This document shows positions 1 through 10,085 of a DNA stretch of 64,000 nt, piece by piece. The stretch is taken from the NCBI GenBank assembly GCA_964551495.1, contig CAZKCA010000003.1:4535-68534 (forward strand), in the 5' to 3' direction. This DNA comes from an uncultured Candidatus Saccharibacteria bacterium. GTDB lineage: Bacteria; Patescibacteriota; Minisyncoccia; Phycocordibacterales; DATDWN01. Below the pieces are notes generated by a model, which saw nothing but the letters and a program-made list of their open reading frames with translations, was not told the DNA's origin and did no database searches. Made by a program: the position numbers and the translations under genes. The stretch's first letter is position 1, and every line of letters begins with the position of its first letter.

Positions 1-333
1 TGGAAACAATTAGAGGCAGCAGATGAAATAAATGAGATAGTTTCAGCTTTAGTAGTTCAACTAACAGAAAAAATAATAGGTGGAGCTGTGTCAGGACTTA
101 GAGGTCTAACAAGTGGATCAAGTGAAACAAACAACAGGGCTTTTATAGAACAACTTGCAAACCAGTCTCCTGAAACACTAGAGGAAGATGCTGAGAGAAT
201 AAGAACAATACAAGAAGATGCCAATAGGGTGGTAGATAATGTTGAAAAAGCCACAAATGATGCTGCCAATGATCCTAATGCAAACACACCACTAGGACCT
301 TCTGGAGTATTTCCAACTGAACCACAACCTTAA
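1..333 (+). CDS. 3' end of a hypothetical protein (begins upstream of window; part of T4SS-like cluster)
   Basis: Open frame ending in TAA that overlaps the ATG of the next gene (TAATG coupling at 331-335). Confidence 0.6.
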   Translation, partial: WKQLEAADEINEIVSALVVQLTEKIIGGAVSGLRGLTSGSSETNNRAFIEQLANQSPETLEEDAERIRTIQEDANRVVDNVEKATNDAANDPNANTPLGPSGVFPTEPQP

Positions 334-2555
334 TGAGAAAAATTGCTTCTTACATTTTAATAATAACTTTGATTTTAGGAATACTTGTTCCTTCATTTAC
401 TTATGGACAAGTAAATCTTCCAAGTGTAAGTGGACCACTTAATCCAGTTGCACAGGCTAGCTCAACCCAAGGTGACTTAATAAGGGGAGCGTCTCAACCT
501 CAGATACAAAGTCAAGACTCTTGTGGTTTTATTTGTTGGGGAATTTTATTCGCAGTTAACAATCTTGCCTCTGTGGTTATGCGCTTAGCTTCTCTTTTGA
601 TGTGGCTTTCTGGAACACTTTTAGATTATATTTTGATATACACGATTGTTAATTTTGCAGAAAATATATCAAAAATGGATGGTATTCAAGTAACCTGGAT
701 TGTGATTAGGGACTTGATGAATCTTGGTTTCGTATTTCTGTTACTTTATCAGGGTATAAGAATGATTTTAGGAAGATCAAACAACGCAAAGCAAGTTATT
801 TTTGGAATCGTCTTGGCTTCTATACTGATAAACTTTAGTTTGTTTTTTACAAAAGTAATGATAGATGGATCCAATGTTTTAACATTAGGATTTTACAATG
901 CTATCGTTGATACAAGCCAACAAGAAAAGATCCAGAAAAATTTGGGAGGATTTTCCCTTGAATCAGTAGGTGGTTCAAACCAAACCGGTATATCTGGAGC
1001 ATATGTAAACTCTTTGGGTGTTCACAGATTTTACGATAAGAATGGTCTTGTAAAGATCATGGACACAAACAAACAAGAATCTTTGCTTATAATAACACTG
1101 TCTGCGATAGTAATTTTTGTAATGGTAGCTGTTATCTTTTTTGCTATAGCTATTATGTTTCTAGTCAGATACGCAGTTCTTATTGTTCTTTTGATGTTTT
1201 CTCCTTTGGCTGTTATGGGTATTGCTATACCCGCAGTTAAAAGCATGCAGGAACAGTGGTGGAAAACCCTTATGGGACAAGTCATTTTTGCTCCTCTATA
1301 CATGGTAATGACTTGGGTTGTATTAACTCTTATAAATAGTCCTGGATTCAATCCCTTGGCAAGCAATGGGGGTGATTGGGCGGGTCTTCTTATAAAAGGA
1401 GAGGTAGACAACATAGGACTTATAATAAACTTTGTGATTGTTATTGTTCTAACAATAATGACACTTAGTGTCTCCAAAAAATATGCAACTCAAGGTTCTA
1501 CCAAAATAAGTGAGTGGACAAACAAGGTAACAACATTTGCTGGTGGAGCAGTCTTAGGTGGAGCAGCGGTTGCCGGAAGAAATACTATTGGCTGGGGAGC
1601 TGATGCTCTTTCAAAAAATGAAAAAATAAAAGACGTAGCTTCTAGAGGTGGTGTAGGAGGATTTTTTGCTAAAAACTTAATAAAAACTGCTGACAGAACA
1701 GCTACAAGCACTTTTGATGTAAGAGCAACAAAACTAGCAGATCAATCAAAGAAAACACTTGGAGTAGACTTTGGAAAAGTTGATAAGAAAAAATCAAACT
1801 ACAGAGCAATACTTGAGCAAAAAGGTAAGGATGAAGAAGCTTTTGCTAAAAAACTAAAACCTAACGACAAGTTATATGATATAGCAAAAGAAACAGATAC
1901 TTATAACAAAGAGCAACTAAAATCTGTGATGGATGAAAACAAAAAATCCAAAGATTTAATAGATGAGAACGTAAAAGACAAGAAAGAGGAAGTAGAAAAA
2001 ATAAATAAGGAAATAAATAAACTTGAAAAAGAAATTGATAAATCTGTTATTAAGGAAACAAAAGACAGATTAATAGCAGAGATGGAAACTTTGAAAAAAG
2101 AATCTGAACTGAAACAAAAAGATCTAGATTCTCTAGTTGAATTATCTAAACAAACAACTAAAGCATACAACGAATCTAAGAAAAATCATGATGAATATAA
2201 ATCAAATGAAGAGAAGGTTTTAAATGATATATATGGAGAACGAGTTAAACAATATGCAGATAAAATAGAATATGAAAGTAATATGTCTGTATTCCTTAAA
2301 GATCTCTTAATTAAAACACCTACACTTGGTTTTATTGGAGGAGCATCTGGAAACACAAAAGAACAAAATAGAATTATTGCTAAAAAAATAAGAGGTGTAA
2401 CTAAATCAAAAACAGCAGAACAAGAAGCAAAAGAGCTTCTAAAAAAGATGAGAAAAGAAGCCAAAGAGAAAGGTGAAAAATTTGATGATGACGAAGAAGA
2501 GGAACCAAAAAATGAAGATAAAGGTGATAAAACAGAAGATAAAAAAACCTCATAA
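333..2555 (+). CDS. VirB6/TrbL-like polytopic membrane protein with coiled-coil C-terminus
   Basis: Signal peptide, multiple TM segments, 'RDLMNLGFVFLLLY', 'FSLFFTKVMIDGSN', 'LVRYAVLIVLLMFSPLA', 'QWWKTL' patterns typical of CPR VirB6-like proteins; adjacent to PrgI/VirB4. Confidence 0.7.
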   Translation: MRKIASYILIITLILGILVPSFTYGQVNLPSVSGPLNPVAQASSTQGDLIRGASQPQIQSQDSCGFICWGILFAVNNLASVVMRLASLLMWLSGTLLDYILIYTIVNFAENISKMDGIQVTWIVIRDLMNLGFVFLLLYQGIRMILGRSNNAKQVIFGIVLASILINFSLFFTKVMIDGSNVLTLGFYNAIVDTSQQEKIQKNLGGFSLESVGGSNQTGISGAYVNSLGVHRFYDKNGLVKIMDTNKQESLLIITLSAIVIFVMVAVIFFAIAIMFLVRYAVLIVLLMFSPLAVMGIAIPAVKSMQEQWWKTLMGQVIFAPLYMVMTWVVLTLINSPGFNPLASNGGDWAGLLIKGEVDNIGLIINFVIVIVLTIMTLSVSKKYATQGSTKISEWTNKVTTFAGGAVLGGAAVAGRNTIGWGADALSKNEKIKDVASRGGVGGFFAKNLIKTADRTATSTFDVRATKLADQSKKTLGVDFGKVDKKKSNYRAILEQKGKDEEAFAKKLKPNDKLYDIAKETDTYNKEQLKSVMDENKKSKDLIDENVKDKKEEVEKINKEINKLEKEIDKSVIKETKDRLIAEMETLKKESELKQKDLDSLVELSKQTTKAYNESKKNHDEYKSNEEKVLNDIYGERVKQYADKIEYESNMSVFLKDLLIKTPTLGFIGGASGNTKEQNRIIAKKIRGVTKSKTAEQEAKELLKKMRKEAKEKGEKFDDDEEEEPKNEDKGDKTEDKKTS

Positions 2556-2563
2556 AAAACACT

Positions 2564-3490
2564 ATGGAATACGAAAATTTAAATGAAATGCCAGAATATG
2601 TAAAAAAACTACCTGTTGAGGTACAGGCTTTGATTCTTGAAGGGGTTTGGCAACAAAGAACACATGAAGTTGCTGAAAAATATAGTCTTAACGAAAATCA
2701 AACAGAAAACCTACTAGATCAAACTATTTTAACATTGATAGGATTAGAAAATCCTAGTAATTTTATAAACACACTAGTTACAGATTTAGGAATTTCAAGA
2801 CTTCTAGCAGAACAAATAGTGTTAGATTTGGATAAAAGAGTTTTTAGTTATGCTGTTAAATTTATTGAATCAAACGAAAAAACAGAAGAAAAAACTCTTT
2901 CTTCAGAGGTGTTAGATATATTGAATACACCAGAAGAACCTACCAAATCTGAAATGAAAGATTCTAATGGTCTAAATCACCTAAGATCTATGTCAGGAGA
3001 TATGAAATCTGCTGAGAATGGAAAAATGGAAGCAAAACCAGAACCAAAAACTTGGCTAGAAGAATTAAAGCTAAATAACTCATCCAAAGAAACAAAACCT
3101 GAAGTTTCTCCTTTGGAACAAAAAATTGGATCGGCTCCAGTTAATCTTCCAGGAGTAGATGTCAGTCAAAGTCCTATAAAAACAGAAGAAAGAGAGATGC
3201 AAAAACCAAAAACTCAAACAGAGTTTATTCAAAGACCTATTTCTGTTCCTAGATATACAGCAGATTTAAGCGAAAAAGATGAAGGAGAATACCTTTTAAA
3301 AAAATCTGGTATTTTCCCAGAAAAAGAAGACTCTGAACACAGACCAGTAGGACTTAAGCCAGATATGACCTATCATAAACAATCACCAAAAGATTTCCCT
3401 GAAATTAAGACAGAAAATACAAAAAATAATTCTGCACAAGAAACCCCTAAGAAATACACCTCAGATCCATATAGAGAACCAATAGAATAG
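2564..3490 (+). CDS. hypothetical protein, helical N-terminus and low-complexity C-terminus ending DPYREPIE
   Basis: 308-aa ORF in operon; terminal DPYREP motif as commonly seen in Parcubacteria proteins. Confidence 0.75.
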   Translation: MEYENLNEMPEYVKKLPVEVQALILEGVWQQRTHEVAEKYSLNENQTENLLDQTILTLIGLENPSNFINTLVTDLGISRLLAEQIVLDLDKRVFSYAVKFIESNEKTEEKTLSSEVLDILNTPEEPTKSEMKDSNGLNHLRSMSGDMKSAENGKMEAKPEPKTWLEELKLNNSSKETKPEVSPLEQKIGSAPVNLPGVDVSQSPIKTEEREMQKPKTQTEFIQRPISVPRYTADLSEKDEGEYLLKKSGIFPEKEDSEHRPVGLKPDMTYHKQSPKDFPEIKTENTKNNSAQETPKKYTSDPYREPIE

Positions 3491-3525
3491 TTTTTGTATA
3501 AACAAAAGTTTTATATAATAAAAAT

Positions 3526-3960
3526 ATGAGATACCAAATACCTCAATTTATTGAAGTAGAAGATAAAATAATAGGACCACTGACTATAAAACAGTTTTTA
3601 TACTTGGCTGGGGGAGCAGGAATGAGTTTTATTGCTTATAGTCTTTTACCTGTAATTATTTCTATTTTCATTATTTTAGGTATAGCAGGGTTATCTTTGG
3701 CTTTAGCTTTTTACAAAGTAAACAACAAAAACTTTGTGGAATTTTTGGAAGCTATGTTTCTTTATTACACCAAAGAAAGACTTTATATTTGGAAAAAAGT
3801 CCCAAAAGAAATTGTTAAAAAACAAGAAAAAGAACCTGACCCTGTTCAAATGTATGTTCCAAGACTTTCAGATAGTAAACTAAAAGACCTAGCTTGGAAT
3901 TTAGATATAAATGAAAATTTAAACCCTCTAACAGGCAAAGATGGAAAGAAAACAAATTAA
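3526..3960 (+). CDS. PrgI family protein (VirB3-like)
   Basis: 'YQIPQFIEVEDKIIGPLTIKQF' motif plus two TM helices. Confidence 0.85.
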   Translation: MRYQIPQFIEVEDKIIGPLTIKQFLYLAGGAGMSFIAYSLLPVIISIFIILGIAGLSLALAFYKVNNKNFVEFLEAMFLYYTKERLYIWKKVPKEIVKKQEKEPDPVQMYVPRLSDSKLKDLAWNLDINENLNPLTGKDGKKTN

Positions 3961-4012
3961 TAATTAACAATAATTTAACTAATTAAATTATTTTTTGTGA
4001 TACAATTAATCC

Positions 4013-4654
4013 ATGGCTGTTTCTTCAAAAGCAACACAAGAATTTGTCCCAATAAAGGAAGTTAGGGATGGAATAATAATACTTAAAGATGGCTCCATGA
4101 GAGCGATTGTGTTAGCTTCTTCTTTAAACTTTTCTCTAAAATCAGATGATGAAAGAAATGCGATAATTGCTCAATTTCAAGATTTTCTAAACTCACTTGA
4201 TTTCAGTACCCAAATATCTATTCAATCAAGGAGGCTTGATATAAGGCCTTATATAGCTCTTTTAGAGGAAAGATACAAAGAACAAATAAACGAATTGATG
4301 AAGATACAAACAAGAGAATATATAGAGTTTGTTCAAAAATTTACAGAAAGCACAAACATAATGACAAAAAGTTTCTTTATTGTAGTCCCTTATGATCCAG
4401 TTATGATAGACGTTAAAGGTGGAATAAGTCCTGAAATATTTAAAAAGAAATCAGAGGAAGAAAAAACAAGAATAAAAATGGCCTCTTTTGAAGAAAACAG
4501 AACACAAATAGAACAAAGAGTGGCTGTGATAGAACAAGGACTTGTTAGATGTGGAATAAGGGTAATAAGATTAGGAACAGAAGAGGTTATAGAGTTGTTC
4601 TATAAAGCATTTAACCCTGGGGACACAGAAAAACCTATAAAATTAGAAAATTAA
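4013..4654 (+). CDS. TraC/VirB4 N-terminal-like protein
   Basis: 'SSLNFSLKSDDERNAII..FQDFLNSLDF..QI' pattern, directly upstream of the VirB4 ATPase. Confidence 0.7.
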   Translation: MAVSSKATQEFVPIKEVRDGIIILKDGSMRAIVLASSLNFSLKSDDERNAIIAQFQDFLNSLDFSTQISIQSRRLDIRPYIALLEERYKEQINELMKIQTREYIEFVQKFTESTNIMTKSFFIVVPYDPVMIDVKGGISPEIFKKKSEEEKTRIKMASFEENRTQIEQRVAVIEQGLVRCGIRVIRLGTEEVIELFYKAFNPGDTEKPIKLEN

Positions 4655-4655
4655 T

Positions 4656-6467
4656 ATGGGATTATTTGATTTTTTCAAAAATAATAATAAAGAACCAGAA
4701 ATAACTTCTATACTTCCACATGAAGTCTACGAAGCTGGGGCTTTGGAATTAAAAGACATTATAGCTCCAAGCGCCCTAAAAATAACACCAAAAGAAATAA
4801 ATTTGGGAGAGAAAATTGTTAGAAGCTTCTTTGTTATATCTTATCCAAGATACCTTTCAGAAGGATGGTTTGCTCCTATAATAAACCTCGATAAAATATT
4901 TGATGTTTCTATTTTCATACAACCTTTGGAAACTGGCGCCGTCCTTAGAAGTTTTCAGAAAAAAGTAGCTGAAGTTCAAAGTCAAATTAGCATAAGAGAA
5001 CAAAAAGGTTTAGTTAGAAACCCAATGCTTGATACTGCTTATCAAGACCTAGAAAACCTACGGGATCAGCTACAACAAGCCCAGGAAAAACTTTTTGATG
5101 TTGGACTTTATATAACAATATACGGAGATTCTGAATCAGAAATAGATAAAACAGAGTCAGAAATAAAATCTATACTTGAATCAAAACTTGTTTATGTAAA
5201 ACCAGCACTTTTCCAACAAGAGCAAGGTTTTAAAACAAATATTCCTTTGGCTACAGATGAATTGAATATTTACAGCAAACTAAACTCTTCACCTCTTTCA
5301 TCTTTGTTTCCTTTTATTTCTTTTGACCTTACTTCTGATAAAGGTATTTTGTATGGAATAAATAGACACAACTCAAGTCTTATTCTTTTTGATAGGTTTT
5401 CTTTGGAAAACTACAACTCTATTACGTTTGCAAAATCTGGTGCTGGTAAATCTTATGCTACCAAACTAGAAATATTGAGAACTTTAATGTTTGATGTAGA
5501 TGTTATCGTAATCGATCCAGAGAGAGAATATGAGTATTTAGCAGAAACAGTTGGAGGAAGATATTTCAATATCTCTCTTAACTCCGAACACCACATAAAT
5601 CCTTTCGAGCTACCAACGCCAGCAGAAGGGGAGTCTTTTGCTAATGTTTTTAGGTCAAACGTAATTAACTTGGTTGGTCTTTTTAGAATTATGATGGGAG
5701 GACTTACTCCAGAAGAAGATGCTTTGGTTGATAAGGCTATTACAGAAACATACGCCCTAAAAGATATAACCCCTGATTCAGATTTTACAAACATAGAACC
5801 TCCTTTAATGTCTGATTTTGAACTGGTTCTTTCTGGTATGGAAGGAGGAGAATCTTTGGCTCAAAGACTAACAAAATACACAAGAGGAACTTGGGCTGGA
5901 TTTATAAACAAACCAAGCAATATAGATATAAACAAAAAATTAGTTGTTTTCTCTTTGAGAGACATGGAAGATGAATTGAAACCTATTGCTATGTATATAG
6001 TCACTCAATACATCTGGAATGTTATTAGAAAAAATATAAAGAAAAGACTACTTGTTGTAGATGAAGCTTGGTGGATGATGCGCTCAGAAGATACAGCATC
6101 TTTCTTGCTTTCTTTGGCAAAAAGAGGAAGAAAATATTATCTCGGACTAGCCACAATCACTCAAGACGTAGATGATTTCTTAAAATCTCCGTACGGAACA
6201 CCGATTATTACAAACTCTTCTATTCAGATGCTTTTGAAGCAATCTCCAACATCTATAGATAGACTGCAACAAGTATTCAATCTTACAGAGGAAGAAAAAT
6301 ATCTACTTCTGGAGTCCGATGTGGGAGAGGGAATATTCTTTGCTGGTCTTAAACATGTTGCTATAAAAATAATCGCATCTTATACCGAAGACCAGATTAT
6401 TACATCTGACCCTTCTCAAATATTGGCCATAAAGAAAGCCAAACGTGAACTTGAGCAAAATTCGTAG
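4656..6467 (+). CDS. VirB4/TraC-like conjugation-type ATPase
   Basis: Walker A AKSGAGKS, 'VIDPEREY', 'INPF', Walker B LLVVDEAW, 'KRGRKY', 'ITQ'. Confidence 0.9.
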   Translation: MGLFDFFKNNNKEPEITSILPHEVYEAGALELKDIIAPSALKITPKEINLGEKIVRSFFVISYPRYLSEGWFAPIINLDKIFDVSIFIQPLETGAVLRSFQKKVAEVQSQISIREQKGLVRNPMLDTAYQDLENLRDQLQQAQEKLFDVGLYITIYGDSESEIDKTESEIKSILESKLVYVKPALFQQEQGFKTNIPLATDELNIYSKLNSSPLSSLFPFISFDLTSDKGILYGINRHNSSLILFDRFSLENYNSITFAKSGAGKSYATKLEILRTLMFDVDVIVIDPEREYEYLAETVGGRYFNISLNSEHHINPFELPTPAEGESFANVFRSNVINLVGLFRIMMGGLTPEEDALVDKAITETYALKDITPDSDFTNIEPPLMSDFELVLSGMEGGESLAQRLTKYTRGTWAGFINKPSNIDINKKLVVFSLRDMEDELKPIAMYIVTQYIWNVIRKNIKKRLLVVDEAWWMMRSEDTASFLLSLAKRGRKYYLGLATITQDVDDFLKSPYGTPIITNSSIQMLLKQSPTSIDRLQQVFNLTEEEKYLLLESDVGEGIFFAGLKHVAIKIIASYTEDQIITSDPSQILAIKKAKRELEQNS

Positions 6468-6480
6468 TAGAATTTAAACC

Positions 6481-6867
6481 ATGGAAGCAAAAAACAAAAA
6501 AATAGGTATAGTAATGTCTTTTTTGCTAATGTATTTTGCTATATGTGCAGATCTAATACAATTTGCTCTTACTTTTTTACCTGCAGCTGGACAAATAATA
6601 AACACAATAGCAAGTATTGCTATAGGATTTGCTTTTTTTATTTGGTTTAGAATTATAGGAATAAAATTTAGCTTTATTAAAGATCCTAAAAAGATGTTTG
6701 GTGTTGTGGCTGGTCCTATAATAGAAGTTATACCTGTTATACAGGCTCTACCTGGTTGGTCTGTAGCTATATTTCTTATAATATTAAGTGTAAACAAAGG
6801 CATACACCTACCCACTAAACCGACTTCAATAAAAGAAACTATAAAAGTGGTTAAACCAAGCAAATAG
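6481..6867 (+). CDS. small membrane protein
   Basis: Hydrophobic ORF in operon, 'IEVIPVIQALPGWS' motif. Confidence 0.7.
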   Translation: MEAKNKKIGIVMSFLLMYFAICADLIQFALTFLPAAGQIINTIASIAIGFAFFIWFRIIGIKFSFIKDPKKMFGVVAGPIIEVIPVIQALPGWSVAIFLIILSVNKGIHLPTKPTSIKETIKVVKPSK

Positions 6868-6917
6868 TTGTGTATAAAAAAATATTGAAGTTTTTATTGT
6901 GTGATACAATAAAACCA

Positions 6918-7946
6918 ATGAAATATAGATATTTACTAATCTCAATATTTATAATATTTAGTTTTTTTGTTTATTCTAAAGACTCTTTTGGACAAATGTT
7001 TAACCAAGTTCCAGAAGCAAACCTGTCTATATCTTTAACACCAGAAATACCTGGCCCAAATCAAGATGTTTCTGCTGAAATTATAAGTTTTGAAACAAAC
7101 CTAGATAAAGCAAGTGTTGTTTGGAGAATAAATGGAAACATTGTTTCTAGTGGAACAGGGAAAAGAAAAATATTCTTTAAAACAGGTGGTTTAAATACAA
7201 CAACCAACCTTTCCTTAAGTGTCACCACCGCAGAAGGGGTCAACATATCAAGACAATTAACCATACGACCAACATCTGTAGATGTTATTTGGGAAGCAGA
7301 AACATATACACCTCCTTTTTTTAGAGGCAAATCACTTTTTAGCCATGAAAGTTTAATAACTTTTACAGCCATACCAAATATAACAGGACAAAATGGATCA
7401 ACTCCTTCTCCTCAAAACTTAATTTATACATGGAAAAGAAATGGTTCTGCTTTACCAGATTTTTCTGGATATGGAAAAAACACCTATAAATATAAATCTG
7501 GAATAATTTCTAGGCCAATACAAATAGAGGTTGTTGTAACTTCTCCTAACTCAGATTCTTTGGGTAGGGGATTTGCAACCGTTTATCCAATAGATCCTAT
7601 TGTTGTATTTTACGAAAAAAATCCACTTTACGGAATAATGTTTAATAAAAATATTTCAGGAAATATTGATCTTGTAAATCGAGAAGAGATAGAGATAGTG
7701 GCATTACCTTTATTTTTTAGTGGCAAAAATTTATCAAACAACCAAATTGTTTATGATTGGAAAATAAATAACTCCATAATTGATGGGAAAACACTAGAAA
7801 GATCAAAAATTTTCAGACCAATAGAAAATACTTTCGGCTCATCAATTGTTTCTGTTTCAGCACAAAACACAGATGGATTGCTTCAGTTGGCTGAGGAGGC
7901 TTTTAGTATCGAATTTACAACAAGTGATTCTAACCAAGAAATATGA
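6918..7946 (+). CDS. exported beta-rich (Ig-like) hypothetical protein
   Basis: Signal-like N-terminus from ATG 6918, which follows TGnTACAAT; repeated 'Y.W..NG/NN' patterns. Confidence 0.7.
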   Translation: MKYRYLLISIFIIFSFFVYSKDSFGQMFNQVPEANLSISLTPEIPGPNQDVSAEIISFETNLDKASVVWRINGNIVSSGTGKRKIFFKTGGLNTTTNLSLSVTTAEGVNISRQLTIRPTSVDVIWEAETYTPPFFRGKSLFSHESLITFTAIPNITGQNGSTPSPQNLIYTWKRNGSALPDFSGYGKNTYKYKSGIISRPIQIEVVVTSPNSDSLGRGFATVYPIDPIVVFYEKNPLYGIMFNKNISGNIDLVNREEIEIVALPLFFSGKNLSNNQIVYDWKINNSIIDGKTLERSKIFRPIENTFGSSIVSVSAQNTDGLLQLAEEAFSIEFTTSDSNQEI

Positions 7947-8878
7947 TTAAGAAAATAATAATTTTAAGCTTTGTTTTATATGTGTTTTTAGGTATTTTTT
8001 CCAATGTTTCTTATGCACAGGACGTTCCTAAAGACTACACACTATTAGCACCTTTGCCAGGGATTACAACACCAGGACAAACAACAACAAATATCCAGAA
8101 ATACTTACCTGGAGCTTTTACTTTCTTATTAGGTTTTGCTGGGTTATTAGCTTTTGTAATGATAAGTTGGTCTGGTTTTCAATATATGACAACAGATGCT
8201 GTTTTTGGTAAAAGCCAAGCAAAAGAAAACCTTACAAATGCTATTTACGGACTTGTCTTGGTTCTAGCTTCTTACGCAATTTTGTATACAATAAACCCAA
8301 AAATATTAGATTTTAACTTAAATCTCCAAAGAGTTCCTGCAAGTCAAAGTAGTACAGTATCAGGATCATCTACAACAGGAACTTCTGCAAATGGAGCTTT
8401 TTCCTATAAAAACAACCGTGGTACCACTGTTTATTATGATGGTTGTGAAGCGCCCTGTGTGACTGTTGCGGGGGACTTAAAACTTTCAACTGGAGATGGT
8501 ATATCTTCTGGTTCTAATATACAACCACAAGTTAATAGTGGTTTGGGAGCAAAATTAATAACAGCCAATTCTACATTGAGTAAGGATGGTTTAAGAATTG
8601 AGGTTACCGAAGCGTGGCCACCAACAGTAAATCATAAACAAGGGTGTCATAAGATTGGAACATGTGTAGATGCTAGACCACCAAAAACAGACCTTACACC
8701 GGAAAAAATAAAAAAATCTTATGAAGCATTGGTGGCAGCTGGTACATATGTTGAATTGGAGACAAATGATGCTAATTTAATAAAAGGACTAAAAGAAATC
8801 GGTTATACTGGGGTTATACTACAACTGCCTTATCCAACCCATTTTTCTGTTTATAAAGATAGGCAAACAAAAAAATAA
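7943..8878 (+). CDS. pilin-like (TrbC/VirB2-type) protein with C-terminal Hedgehog/peptidase M15-like domain
   Basis: 'YTLLAPLPG', 'GFQYMTT...AKENLTNAIYGLVLVLASYAILYTINP' pilin module; C-terminal VTEAW..H..CHKIGTCVD..HFSV. Confidence 0.7.
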   Translation: MIKKIIILSFVLYVFLGIFSNVSYAQDVPKDYTLLAPLPGITTPGQTTTNIQKYLPGAFTFLLGFAGLLAFVMISWSGFQYMTTDAVFGKSQAKENLTNAIYGLVLVLASYAILYTINPKILDFNLNLQRVPASQSSTVSGSSTTGTSANGAFSYKNNRGTTVYYDGCEAPCVTVAGDLKLSTGDGISSGSNIQPQVNSGLGAKLITANSTLSKDGLRIEVTEAWPPTVNHKQGCHKIGTCVDARPPKTDLTPEKIKKSYEALVAAGTYVELETNDANLIKGLKEIGYTGVILQLPYPTHFSVYKDRQTKK

Positions 8879-8879
8879 C

Positions 8880-10085
8880 ATGTCTAGAAAAATAATAATA
8901 ATATCAACAATAGTTCTGGTAATATTCTTTATATCTTTAGCTGGTTATTACTTTTTGATACAAACAAACGAAGATGCCTCCAGTGGGGAACCTTTTAGTT
9001 TTAGAAGATTCCTACCATTTGGAGGAGAAACAATAACTCCAGAGACACCCGAAGTAGACCCCAATATACCAACCGAAGAACCTCAAATAAACTTTGCTGT
9101 AAAACTTAGAAAAATATGGTCTGAACCAGTAGCTGGTGCTTTTGTTTATGATACTCAAGAAGGCTCTATAATACGTCTAGTTGAAAGATCTACTGGTCAT
9201 GTATATGATGTGGAGCTATTTTCACCAGAAAACAGAAGAATATCAAATACAACAATACCAAAAGTTTACAATGCAGAGTGGATGAATAAAAATTCTTTTG
9301 CTGCTCAATTTTTAGAAGACGATAATGAGACGATGGAAACTTATATGGTTACTGTAAATGAACCAACATCAACCTCAACAGAGGGAAGTAGTGTTGGTAA
9401 AGTTTTAAATGAAGATATAAACTCTTTTGCTGCCGGACAAAATAGATTATTTTATCTTTCTTTAACTAGTAACTTAGGAGAGGGTTTTATTTCCAATCCA
9501 ACAAATACAAACGTTAGAAAAATATGGTCCTCACCATTAAAAGAGTTGAACCTCCAAGATATAGGTGGTAACAATGTTGCTTTATCAACAAAACCGTATC
9601 CAAACATAAATGGATTTCTATATTTAGTAAACACAACAAACGGTGTTTTTAGGAGAGTTTTAGGGAATATACCAGGTTTAACAGCTTTAGTTAGCCCAGA
9701 TGTTTTAAATGTTTTAATATTATCACAATCAAACTCAAATAGATTTTATATATACAACATATCTAATGCACAAGAAATGAATGTTAGTCCGGTAACTTTC
9801 CCAGAAAAATGTGTTTGGAGTAAAAAAGAAGTAAAAACATTCTTTTGTGCTGTGCCCAAAAACTCTATAAACTCATCCTCTTTAATCTCGTGGTATTTAG
9901 GAAGTGTATCTTTTAATGATTCTATTTGGAGATACGACTCAGAAACAGGAGTGGGGGTATCAGTTGATGGTTTAGATAAAGAAAATATAGATGTTATAAA
10001 ACCAATATTTAGCACAAATGAAAGATATCTGGTGTTTATAAATAAACAAGATGGTTCTCTTTGGAGTTTAGATTTGGAAAACTAA
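8880..10085 (+). CDS. membrane-anchored hypothetical protein, probable beta-propeller
   Basis: N-terminal TM; 'TFPEKCVW...FCAVP', 'LVFINKQDGSLWSL' repeats of beta strands. Confidence 0.7.
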   Translation: MSRKIIIISTIVLVIFFISLAGYYFLIQTNEDASSGEPFSFRRFLPFGGETITPETPEVDPNIPTEEPQINFAVKLRKIWSEPVAGAFVYDTQEGSIIRLVERSTGHVYDVELFSPENRRISNTTIPKVYNAEWMNKNSFAAQFLEDDNETMETYMVTVNEPTSTSTEGSSVGKVLNEDINSFAAGQNRLFYLSLTSNLGEGFISNPTNTNVRKIWSSPLKELNLQDIGGNNVALSTKPYPNINGFLYLVNTTNGVFRRVLGNIPGLTALVSPDVLNVLILSQSNSNRFYIYNISNAQEMNVSPVTFPEKCVWSKKEVKTFFCAVPKNSINSSSLISWYLGSVSFNDSIWRYDSETGVGVSVDGLDKENIDVIKPIFSTNERYLVFINKQDGSLWSLDLEN

